Positions 17,130 through 25,141 of a stretch of DNA of 52,845 nucleotides are shown piece after piece. This DNA comes from a virus. Lineage: Duplodnaviria > Caudoviricetes. Position numbers and translations under genes: made by a program. Numbering within the stretch: the first letter of the stretch is position 1; each line of letters starts with the position of its first letter. Location: the IMG/VR virus record IMGVR_UViG_3300044825_001160, positions 1-52,845 of that record. One strand, 5' to 3'. The notes below the pieces were generated by a model. That model saw only the letters and a program-made list of their open reading frames with translations, was not told the DNA's origin and searched no databases.

Positions 17130-17332
17130 TGGAGATGAACGCATTCGCTGTCATTTGTATCGCTGTGGGTGGGTTCTTCGTTATCGACGGGGCGCGGGCG
17201 CTACTACTGGCGAGGGGGAGGCGGCGCATCACCGACCTGTCCTTCCGTAGCCCCGACCCTGCCTGTATGCGCCTTGGCGAACGGATGGAGCGGCAGGCGG
17301 ACTACGTGCGCCGAGTCGAGCGGCAGGGGTGA
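17126..17332 (+). CDS. Small putative membrane protein
   Basis: 68 aa; N-terminal hydrophobic stretch; GGAGG RBS. Confidence 0.55.
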   Translation: MMEMNAFAVICIAVGGFFVIDGARALLLARGRRRITDLSFRSPDPACMRLGERMERQADYVRRVERQG

Positions 17333-17349
17333 GCGGGCTAGCTCGCTAG

Positions 17350-17462
17350 CTATCTTTCGTAAACAAATACTGGACATACGAGAGACGATGGCCTACAATG
17401 GGAACCATGGCAGTTCGGTCTGGACTGCCAGTTGAGATAGCGTTCTGACACCGTGTCAGAAC
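17350..17462 (+). promoter_or_regulatory. Early promoter with upstream box, leader hairpin and palindrome copy 5
   Basis: CTATCTTTCGTA (17350-17361), N9, TGGACA-N17-TACAAT (17371-17399), hairpin 17408-17430, GTTCTGACAC-C-GTGTCAGAAC 17442-17462. Confidence 0.75.
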
Positions 17463-17507
17463 GAGTGAGATCAAGTAACCAAGTTACACCACAAGTTGGA
17501 GATGATC

Positions 17508-18440
17508 ATGGACACAGCAATGACGTTGACTGCACCGGAACACATCACCTCGCTTCGCAGCGCGGCCATACTGGTGTGCGCCAAGGTGACCTCGACCACG
17601 GGGTCCAAGACTGACCGGGGCGAGGGGCTCGACCTCGCTGCCCGCCGGGGCGCGGAGAGCAACACCGTGGACGTGGTGAAGAAGCTTTTCGCCCGCTGCA
17701 CTGAGCACCGTGAGTTGCAGAACGTGCGCCAGACCGTGAACAACGGCATGAAGCGGTTCACGTTCGACTGGGCCGGGGACTGGCGCATGCTGCCCATGTC
17801 CCGCTATGCGGAGTTCATGGAGTGGTGGACTGAGGTGGTCAACCTGCACACGCTGCGCAAGCAGGCGTTCATCGAGGCGTACCCCTCCATCCGGGCAGAC
17901 GCAGCGTTCAGCTTGGGCGATCTGTTTGAGGAGGCGGACTTCCCCCCGGTGGAGCATGTGGCTGCCAAGTTCACGATCAACCTGTACAAGCAGGACGTGC
18001 CGACCGGGGACTTCCGCAATCAGATCGCTGAGGACTTGGCAGATGATCTGCACAAGCACTACGTGATCCAGACCCGGGAGTTGGTGCAGTCCATCGTGGA
18101 CGAGCAGATGGCGCAGTTCGTCTCGGTCATGCAGTCCATCGTGCACTGCTGCGGGTACGACACCAAGGAGAACAAGCAGGGCGAGACAGTCATCGTGCGC
18201 CGTCGCCTGCACGAGGGGACACTGCAGCGTGCGTTGGAGATGTGCGAGACCTTCCGGCGGTTCAACCCGGCAGGGTCCAGCGAGTTGGAGGCTGTGCGCG
18301 GTGAGTTGGAGCAGGTGCTGCGCTCGGTGGACAACATCGACACGCTGCGTGAGTCGGAGACCTTGCGCGCTCGGGTGAGCGGCGAGGTGGGTAGCATCCT
18401 CAGCAAGTTCAAGCTCGGTGGCTTGGGGGAGGGGGAGTAA
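17508..18440 (+). CDS. Helical protein of the AAA/vWA module (DUF3150-like)
   Basis: Start after TTGGAG; FIEAYP...LGDLFEEADFPPVEHVAAKF; adjacent to the AAA ATPase. Confidence 0.55.
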   Translation: MDTAMTLTAPEHITSLRSAAILVCAKVTSTTGSKTDRGEGLDLAARRGAESNTVDVVKKLFARCTEHRELQNVRQTVNNGMKRFTFDWAGDWRMLPMSRYAEFMEWWTEVVNLHTLRKQAFIEAYPSIRADAAFSLGDLFEEADFPPVEHVAAKFTINLYKQDVPTGDFRNQIAEDLADDLHKHYVIQTRELVQSIVDEQMAQFVSVMQSIVHCCGYDTKENKQGETVIVRRRLHEGTLQRALEMCETFRRFNPAGSSELEAVRGELEQVLRSVDNIDTLRESETLRARVSGEVGSILSKFKLGGLGEGE

Positions 18441-18518
18441 CAGAAGGGGGTAACAGGGAATCAAACAGCAATTCATATTTCAGTTATCACAGTTACATCA
18501 CAGTAGAGGACTACACAC

Positions 18519-19613
18519 ATGACGACCAACAACTTCGCGACCAACATTGCCCCGCTCACCATCAGCGAGTGTGCGCGGCTGATCCGTACCGTGGGCGAGC
18601 ATGTCACGGTGTACATCGAGAGCGAGCCGGGCTGCGGCAAGTCCAGCATCCTCAAGGTCTTGGCCGAGCAGATGGGTGACGCCTACGAGTACGTCTACCT
18701 CGACTGCCCGACGCTGGGCGATGGCGACCTCGGGATGAACATCCCCAACCGGGAGACGGGGCAGTTGGAGTTCTTCGTCTCCAGCCTGCTGAAGCTCGAC
18801 GCGGGCAAGCCCGTGGTCATCATGGCGGACGAGGTGGCCAAGATGAGCAACCTGCTCAAGGTCATCATCACGCGTCTGTTCCTTGAGCGTGCCATCGGTG
18901 ATCGCGTCCTGCCTGCCGGGAGCATTGTCTTCGCTACGTCCAACCACGGGTCGGACGGCGTGGGCGATACGCTGCAGGCGCACATCGGCAACCGCATCAT
19001 GCGTGTTGAGATGGCCAAGCCAGATCACAAGTCATGGTGTGCATGGGCCGGTGAGCATGGCGTGAGCGCGCTCACCCGTGCGTGGGTGACGATGAAGCCC
19101 AAGGCACTGCACAGCTACCGCCACATCACGGCGGAGGAGTTGCGCGACAACGAGTTCATCTTCAACCCCAGCCGCCCGGTGACTACGTTCGTCTCGCCGC
19201 GCTCGCTGGAGAAGGCGGACGTGGTGGTGCGCAACCGTGACATCCTCGGTGACACGGTGACCAAGACGGCGCTCGCGGGTGTCGTCGGTGCTGCAGCAGC
19301 CGAGAGCATGGCGATGTTCTTCAAGCTGGAGAAGGACCTGCTCCCCATCTCGGCGATCCTGCGTGACCCGGAGGGCATTACGCTTCCCACGCAGGTGGGT
19401 GCGTTGCTCATGACGCTGTTCAACGCAGTCGACGAGTTGGAGACGCAGGACCAACTGGTCAAGTTCATGCGCTTCACGGCGCGGCTCGACAGTGAGGAGT
19501 TCCGGGCGGTGTTCTTCACCATGCTCTGCGAGTCCAAGCGTACGGCGCGCATGGCCATGCAGAACGCTGAGGTGAAGGCGTGGTACTTGGCCAACCACAA
19601 GCTGGTCTCGTGA
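18519..19613 (+). CDS. MoxR-like AAA+ ATPase
   Basis: Walker A EPGCGKSS, Walker B VIMADE, sensor FATSN, Arg finger NR, SPRS. Confidence 0.85.
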   Translation: MTTNNFATNIAPLTISECARLIRTVGEHVTVYIESEPGCGKSSILKVLAEQMGDAYEYVYLDCPTLGDGDLGMNIPNRETGQLEFFVSSLLKLDAGKPVVIMADEVAKMSNLLKVIITRLFLERAIGDRVLPAGSIVFATSNHGSDGVGDTLQAHIGNRIMRVEMAKPDHKSWCAWAGEHGVSALTRAWVTMKPKALHSYRHITAEELRDNEFIFNPSRPVTTFVSPRSLEKADVVVRNRDILGDTVTKTALAGVVGAAAAESMAMFFKLEKDLLPISAILRDPEGITLPTQVGALLMTLFNAVDELETQDQLVKFMRFTARLDSEEFRAVFFTMLCESKRTARMAMQNAEVKAWYLANHKLVS

Positions 19614-19623
19614 GGAGTCAGCC

Positions 19624-19863
19624 ATGGACAAGACCAAGACAGTACTTGTGGAGCGGTTTCCGAGGTGGCCAAAAAGCACGAGGAGGATAGTACTTGTAGA
19701 GATCAAGCAGACGTACGGGGTAGAGCGCATCTACCCCCGCAATGCGACGGCGGAACATTTCACAAGTTTAACTGGACAGAAAACGCTGAGCCGGGATACG
19801 CTCCGGATCGTGCGTGAGTTGGGCTTTGAAGTGCAGTTAGTTAAACAAGTCATGGAGTTTTGA
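19624..19863 (+). CDS. Hypothetical protein
   Basis: 79 aa; GAGGAG RBS. Confidence 0.65.
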   Translation: MDKTKTVLVERFPRWPKSTRRIVLVEIKQTYGVERIYPRNATAEHFTSLTGQKTLSRDTLRIVRELGFEVQLVKQVMEF

Positions 19864-19865
19864 TC

Positions 19866-21098
19866 ATGAGCGCAGCCATCGACATCAAGGCGCAAGCCGA
19901 GCTTCGCATCAAGCGGGCACACATCCGCCTGATGCGTCATGAACTGACCTACTACTACAGCGGTGTCATGCTGCTGGGTAACACGGTTGTGGACATGACC
20001 ACGCCCACGGCATGCACTGACGGGCTCAACGTGTGGTTCGGTGCAGACTTCATCATGTCACTGTCTGAGGCAGAGGTGGCCGGTGTTGTGCTGCACGAGC
20101 ACCTCCACAAGTTCCTGAAGCACCTGCCCCGCCACCGTGACCTGATGAAGGAGAACGGACGGCTGGCCAATGCAGCCATGGACTACGTGGACAACAGCAT
20201 CATCAAGGGGATCGAGCGTGCGACCAACGGCACACTGCTGGCGCTCCCTGCGTGCGGGCTGTATGACGAGACGTTCGACAACTGGTCGGTGCGTGAGATC
20301 TACAACTTCTTGAACAAGTGTGAGCAGCAGCCCCAAACGGGTGATGACGACAACAGCAGCGACAGCGTCAAGGACGGCAACGGCAAGTCATACCGTGTCT
20401 CCACGCAGGACGAGCATGACGTGGACGCAGTCGATGGGATGGACGCTGACCAGATCGAGGAGTTGGGTCAGCAGATCGACGACGCCATCCAGCAGTCAGC
20501 CCTGCTCGCCGGGTTGACGGGTGCCAAGCTGCCGCGTGCGATCACTGAGCTTCTGCAGCCAGAGGTTGACTGGGTTGCTGAGTTGCGTGAGTTCATGCAG
20601 TCCCATATCAAGGGCAGCAGCGAGCACACATGGCGCAAGTTCAACCGCCGCCGCATCGTGGACGATCTGTATCGCCCGGGTACATACACCGAGCGGATGG
20701 GCCGTGTGCTTGTCGCCATCGACACGTCGGGCTCGATCAGCAACCAGCAGTTGGCGCGGTTCGGCGGGGAACTGGCATCAATCTGCGAGCAGTGCCGCCC
20801 GGACGAGATGCAGGTGTTGTGGTGGGATACGCAGGTGCATGGTATGCAGCAGTTCGATGAGTCGAGCTACGCCAACATCCGCACCATGCTGAAGCCCATG
20901 GGGTTCGGTGGTACTCGGGTCGGTTGTGTCAGTGACTACATCAAGTCCAACAACATCGACGCCGACTGCCTTGTGGTGTTCACAGATGGCTATGTCGAGT
21001 CACCGGTCGCGTGGGACATCACGCTGCCGACATTGTGGGTTGTGGTGGGCAACGAGTCATTCGTTCCGCCGCGTGGCGTCAAAGTGAAGTTCAAGTAA
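19866..21098 (+). CDS. Metallopeptidase-vWA protein (DUF2201-like)
   Basis: TACTDG, HEHLH (HExxH), acidic linker, MIDAS DTSGS, GGT, VFTDG. Confidence 0.85.
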   Translation: MSAAIDIKAQAELRIKRAHIRLMRHELTYYYSGVMLLGNTVVDMTTPTACTDGLNVWFGADFIMSLSEAEVAGVVLHEHLHKFLKHLPRHRDLMKENGRLANAAMDYVDNSIIKGIERATNGTLLALPACGLYDETFDNWSVREIYNFLNKCEQQPQTGDDDNSSDSVKDGNGKSYRVSTQDEHDVDAVDGMDADQIEELGQQIDDAIQQSALLAGLTGAKLPRAITELLQPEVDWVAELREFMQSHIKGSSEHTWRKFNRRRIVDDLYRPGTYTERMGRVLVAIDTSGSISNQQLARFGGELASICEQCRPDEMQVLWWDTQVHGMQQFDESSYANIRTMLKPMGFGGTRVGCVSDYIKSNNIDADCLVVFTDGYVESPVAWDITLPTLWVVVGNESFVPPRGVKVKFK

Positions 21099-21115
21099 TC
21101 AGTGAGGATACAGTG

Positions 21116-22168
21116 ATGAACGATGCAATGTTTACTGCAGACGTGCCCGAAAGCACTCGGCTCAACCTGATGACCAGCCCGATATGGCGGGCGACACTGG
21201 GGGTTTACCAAGCCGTCAAGAATGTCTGTGCTATCTGTGACTTCTTCTGCAGCGATACGACCACGATTCTGGGTGTGACGTTCTGTACGCGCAAGGACCA
21301 CGCAGTGGTCGGGCGTCTGACGATGAGGTCATCCTTGACCGCCGCATGGCATGACCCGGTTTACGAATTGGAAAGCACGACTTCCCACTACGCTGGCGTG
21401 GGACGCAACATACCGAATATGCAGATGCACGCTGAAAGCAAAAAGGCGTCTTACATCATCCGCGCAGCGACCAAGACTACTTCGCGGCGCAGTTCGTTCT
21501 TGTCAGCAGCAAAAGGAGCGGAAGAGTACCGTGGTATAGACGCTGCTGTTCGGAACATGGTGGCGACGTTCGCCACTAACAACACGGCAGTTCCAATACC
21601 TGAAATGATGACGCCGGACGATATCTATCCGTTGCTTCCGGTTATCTTCGACGGTAAGCCGATTGTCACGCTGCCCCCTGCGCTGGTTAATAAACTGGAG
21701 AAGTATCGGGACTACCACAACAGCAGACAGAACAAACGTCAGATGATGAATGAGACGGCGGACCAGATGTTTTCGGGTGAGAAGTGGGTTATCACTTATC
21801 TTCCAGATCGGTATCTTGTGGGCGCAGTGGACACCGCCGCCATGGCAGATTATCGCCGTGCATACACGGCATGGCGTATCGACGACAATAAGCGCCGGCC
21901 ATCCGGATTAGAGCTGACTACGACAGTGCCGTTTCGTTTCTATCGTAAGTTAGAAGATATGGAGCCGGCACTGTACGATAGCTTGATGGCTTCACTGACC
22001 ATGACACGAGCGTACATCCGCGCACAGGATCCTGCAGTGAAGTTATCGGAGAAGAACGATCTGTTGTTTGAAAAGGATGACCAATACAGAGTGTTCCCGG
22101 AAGTGGGCGCTGTGTTGTGGTCGCCCAGTGCTGTTTCTCAAGCCTACTTTTACATGGTGTCGAAATGA
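21116..22168 (+). CDS. Hypothetical protein
   Basis: Start MNDAMF after GAGGA; about 350 aa; no motif recognised. Confidence 0.65.
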   Translation: MNDAMFTADVPESTRLNLMTSPIWRATLGVYQAVKNVCAICDFFCSDTTTILGVTFCTRKDHAVVGRLTMRSSLTAAWHDPVYELESTTSHYAGVGRNIPNMQMHAESKKASYIIRAATKTTSRRSSFLSAAKGAEEYRGIDAAVRNMVATFATNNTAVPIPEMMTPDDIYPLLPVIFDGKPIVTLPPALVNKLEKYRDYHNSRQNKRQMMNETADQMFSGEKWVITYLPDRYLVGAVDTAAMADYRRAYTAWRIDDNKRRPSGLELTTTVPFRFYRKLEDMEPALYDSLMASLTMTRAYIRAQDPAVKLSEKNDLLFEKDDQYRVFPEVGAVLWSPSAVSQAYFYMVSK

Positions 22169-22461
22169 CTGCGGAAGCAAAGGTTAAGAAGCGGGTGAAG
22201 GAAGTTCTCAACGCACTCGGAGCGTACTACGCCATGCCTGCCACGGGTGGGTATGGTTCCTCCGGAGTGCCGGACTTCCTTGTCTGCTACAAAGGAAGAT
22301 TCATCGGAATCGAATGCAAGGCGGGTAAGGGTAAGACCACCGCCTTGCAGGAGAAGAACCTGCGCCTGATACAGGAGGCAGGAGGCGAAGCGTTCGTAGT
22401 GAACGAAGACAATGTAACCACACTGAAGTCCATCATGGAGAGTTTGTATGAGCAAGAGTAA
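22165..22461 (+). CDS. VRR-NUC domain nuclease (putative Holliday junction resolvase)
   Basis: MTAEAKVK...GVPDFLVCYKGRFIGIECKAGKG...ALQ. Confidence 0.85.
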   Translation: MTAEAKVKKRVKEVLNALGAYYAMPATGGYGSSGVPDFLVCYKGRFIGIECKAGKGKTTALQEKNLRLIQEAGGEAFVVNEDNVTTLKSIMESLYEQE

Positions 22462-22843
22462 AACGACAAAGACCAGCAAGATCCAGTCGATGCTGAGTCG
22501 CGGGATGAAGCCCCGGGCGATTGCCGAGAAGCTGGGTATCCCAGTATCCAGCGTGTATCAAGTGAGCTACCGCATGAAGAACGGCACGCCGAAGCCCAAG
22601 GCCAAGCCGAAGGCCAAGCCTGAGCCGGTTGTAGTTGAGGTAGAGAAAGTACAAGAGGTAGACATGGTCAACCATCCCCCGCATTACACGGTCGGCGGAA
22701 TTGAGACCATCGACTTCATCGAGGCGAAGGGTCTTGGGTATCTGCTTGGCAACGTGGTCAAGTACGTGTCTCGCGCAGCCCACAAGGGTGGCGTCGAGGA
22801 TCTCAAGAAGGCCAAGTGGTATCTGGAGCGGGCAATCGGATGA
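22448..22843 (+). CDS. DUF3310 (T7 gp1.7-like) protein with N-terminal HTH-like segment
   Basis: DMVNHPPHYT..GIETID...GNVVKYVSRA..K...EDLKKAKWYL; N-terminal RAIAEKLGIPVSSVY. Confidence 0.8.
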   Translation: MSKSKTTKTSKIQSMLSRGMKPRAIAEKLGIPVSSVYQVSYRMKNGTPKPKAKPKAKPEPVVVEVEKVQEVDMVNHPPHYTVGGIETIDFIEAKGLGYLLGNVVKYVSRAAHKGGVEDLKKAKWYLERAIG

Positions 22844-23055
22844 TCGAGACACTGCTCTGGGTAATCATTGGGGGTGGCGGCGCGCTACTGACTAATTGGT
22901 TATTGGGTTGCGCCATCTGCTCGGCCATCGACAAAAAAGAGGAACTGTTGCAGTGGGTACTCTCGTGCCCCCTGCCTTTCTTCGCACACTTCTTTGTACC
23001 GAGTGTATGGCCTCTTGTATTACTTTTCTGGCTGATCAATAGGAGAACGGTATGA
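22840..23055 (+). CDS. Small membrane protein
   Basis: Two hydrophobic segments; ATGA overlap. Confidence 0.55.
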   Translation: MIETLLWVIIGGGGALLTNWLLGCAICSAIDKKEELLQWVLSCPLPFFAHFFVPSVWPLVLLFWLINRRTV

Positions 23056-23315
23056 ACACAACGACTGGACCGACGCCCATGCAGATCCGCGTGGGTAAAC
23101 TGGAAGCACGGGTAGACGTGCTTGAGAGGCAGATTGTTGAAGTGAAGCGTGCCACGCTGGGGGATATCTATGACGAGCCCCCGACTGTGAAGCACGCCTA
23201 CGCACTCAAGGAGATCTGCCGCGTAGGTAGGCAGTTGGCAGAGGCGACCAAGACTACGCAGCCCAATCTGTCTGGCGAACTACTCAATTGGCTTGATGCG
23301 ATTGGCGCTAAGTAA
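23052..23315 (+). CDS. Hypothetical protein
   Basis: 87 aa; AGGAG RBS. Confidence 0.6.
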   Translation: MNTTTGPTPMQIRVGKLEARVDVLERQIVEVKRATLGDIYDEPPTVKHAYALKEICRVGRQLAEATKTTQPNLSGELLNWLDAIGAK

Positions 23316-23569
23316 TGGCCAAGGTGGCACTCGACCGTGCATGTACGGTGTGCGGTGGCAAGGTCTGGTATGTGTATCCAGAAAAGCGCAGTGCGTCACG
23401 GTGCGTAGCTTGCGCTCACGAGTATGCCAACATCAGTCACGCTCATCGAAGAGCACTGGTCAAGAAGATTGCAGAGTACGAAGAAGTTCTGGAGATAATC
23501 GCCAGCCCGGCGCGTGACCGGGCGGCGGTTCAACAGTTGGCTATCAAAGTATTGGAGAAGTTCAGATGA
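23315..23569 (+). CDS. Zn-finger-like protein
   Basis: CTVC...CVAC. Confidence 0.55.
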   Translation: MAKVALDRACTVCGGKVWYVYPEKRSASRCVACAHEYANISHAHRRALVKKIAEYEEVLEIIASPARDRAAVQQLAIKVLEKFR

Positions 23570-23727
23570 AGGACATGATCGAACACATCGCAGATCGCCT
23601 CGTAAGCGATCACGTGGCGTTGATGGAAGAAAACAAACGACTGCGCGACGCCTTGGAAGAACGAAAACTCGATTACAACCTGCTAGCGGAACAATATCGC
23701 GAGTTGTTGAAGAATGAAAACACATAA
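23566..23727 (+). CDS. Small coiled-coil protein (53 aa, below ORF-track cutoff)
   Basis: MKDMIEHIADRLVSDHVALMEENKRLRDALEE...; GGAG RBS; ATGA overlap. Confidence 0.55.
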   Translation: MKDMIEHIADRLVSDHVALMEENKRLRDALEERKLDYNLLAEQYRELLKNENT

Positions 23728-23938
23728 ACAGTTTGATAAACTTGCTGAGCAATGCTATGTAAAAACAGGAAGTGTTCAAACGGATCATTTTGACTATGTA
23801 AAGTTCGCCGAGTTGATTGTTCGGGAATGTGCCAAAGTATCCGAACGCACAGGAGCATTAAACGAAGCGGATTTTGAAGGTGAGATGATCGCCGATGCTA
23901 TTAAAGAACATTTCGGAGTTGATAATGGAATTCTATAA
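23714..23938 (+). CDS. Small phage protein (FAELIVRECA...IKEHFGV type)
   Basis: 74 aa; motif pattern common in phage small-ORF clusters. Confidence 0.6.
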   Translation: MKTHKQFDKLAEQCYVKTGSVQTDHFDYVKFAELIVRECAKVSERTGALNEADFEGEMIADAIKEHFGVDNGIL

Positions 23939-24004
23939 GCGAATGCGAGTGCCTCTTCCCACTTGTGAGAAAGAATTTGTCTGGACTGTAAAGAGGATTA
24001 GTGT

Positions 24005-24235
24005 ATGAACGAACGAATTCAAAAACTTGCCGAACAGGCTAATATTACAATTAGAGGACACTATGATGAAACAGGATCAACTCCGCTAGAGTTGGAAAAG
24101 TTCGCCGCGCTTGTTGCCGCAGCCGAGCGCGAGGCGTGTGCGGGAATTGCCGAACTGGTAGCCGTTGAGATTGACGATACCAACGGCACCGCAACTTACA
24201 TCGCCAAAGCCATCCGCGCATGGGGTGACACATGA
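24005..24235 (+). CDS. Small phage protein (AEREACA type), copy A
   Basis: 76 aa; GAGGA RBS. Confidence 0.65.
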   Translation: MNERIQKLAEQANITIRGHYDETGSTPLELEKFAALVAAAEREACAGIAELVAVEIDDTNGTATYIAKAIRAWGDT

Positions 24236-24464
24236 ACGAAGAGTTTGACAAGTGGTGGGACAGTCCAGAAATCAGACACTCAACAAACCCATACAAAGCT
24301 GATACGGCGGTGTATTGGTCATACGAAGCGTGGATGTGGAGCGCAAAAGCCGAGCGCGAGGCGTGTGCGCGAATCGCCGAACTGGTAGCGCGGGAGATTG
24401 ACGACACCAACGGCACTGCAACTTACATTGCCGCCGCCATCCGCGCACGAGGTGACGCATGAAC
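24121..24464 (+). repeat. 117-bp imperfect direct repeat
   Basis: 24121-24237 vs 24348-24464; about 15 mismatches by manual count. Confidence 0.9.
24232..24462 (+). CDS. Small phage protein (AEREACA type), copy B
   Basis: 76 aa; C-terminal half nearly the same as copy A. Confidence 0.65.
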   Translation: MNEEFDKWWDSPEIRHSTNPYKADTAVYWSYEAWMWSAKAEREACARIAELVAREIDDTNGTATYIAAAIRARGDA

Positions 24465-24632
24465 ATTCCTCGCGACGAATACGAGATGGAACAAGAAGAG
24501 ATAGCGAAGGTGTTAGGCGTCCATCGCACACGAGTACAACATCTAGAGAAGAACGCACTAAGAAAGCTACGCAAGCTTTTTGAGGAGCGCGGTATTAAAT
24601 GGAACGACCTGACAACGGAAACACCGCCATGA
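24459..24632 (+). CDS. Stand-alone sigma70 region-4-like HTH protein (57 aa, absent from ORF track)
   Basis: MNIPRDEYEMEQEEIAKVLGVHRTRVQHLEKNALRKLRKLF... matches the region 4.2 pattern; GAGGT RBS; ATGA overlaps at both ends. Confidence 0.75.
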   Translation: MNIPRDEYEMEQEEIAKVLGVHRTRVQHLEKNALRKLRKLFEERGIKWNDLTTETPP

Positions 24633-24868
24633 TTGGCGTTAAACAAGAGGGCAAACCTTGTATCCGTTGCGGCTGCACGCTCCGTTACATCAAGGACAAA
24701 GGATGCGTGCAGTGCAGGCAGACAAAGTCGATGTACAGGCAGCGGTCTTACAGAGACGAAACGAAGAACCTTAAAGCTCTGCTTAGTGAAGCTCTGCTGT
24801 GTATTAAGTGGGACGAAGAGCCTGAGCTTGTTGGCAAGATCCGTACAGTTGTAGAGAGTGAATCATGA
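24629..24868 (+). CDS. Zn-finger-like protein
   Basis: Start MIGVKQ; GKPCIRCG...GCVQC. Confidence 0.55.
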   Translation: MIGVKQEGKPCIRCGCTLRYIKDKGCVQCRQTKSMYRQRSYRDETKNLKALLSEALLCIKWDEEPELVGKIRTVVESES

Positions 24869-24972
24869 GTGATCTCGCGGGGTACTTCATGGGCGTGGCA
24901 GCGGGCGGATTCATCACACTGCTGATGTGTATCATTTTTAGCTTGGAGAACAATGACGATGCCAACGAGTGA
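24865..24972 (+). CDS. 35-aa single-TM peptide
   Basis: MSDLAGYFMGVAAGGFITLLMCIIFSLENNDDANE; ATGA overlap. Confidence 0.4.
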   Translation: MSDLAGYFMGVAAGGFITLLMCIIFSLENNDDANE

Positions 24973-25141
24973 GAAGGGGATGGTGTTGTGCAAAGGTGAT
25001 GACTGCCCCCTGCAGCGCCGTTGCTATCGGGCGAATGCGGAAGAGCAGGAGGGAGATATCTGGTTCCCGCACGGTGCGCCGTACGATCACGAGGAAGGTG
25101 TCTGCGTCCACTTCCTTCCGCTTACGAGTATGGGTTGGTAA
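24953..25141 (+). CDS. Small Cys-rich protein
   Basis: LCKGDDCPLQRRCYR...CVHF. Confidence 0.55.
   Translation: MTMPTSEKGMVLCKGDDCPLQRRCYRANAEEQEGDIWFPHGAPYDHEEGVCVHFLPLTSMGW

Noticed and set aside
24121-24464. DGR template/variable repeat pair
   Set aside because: Mismatches are not adenine-specific and no reverse transcriptase is present in the window
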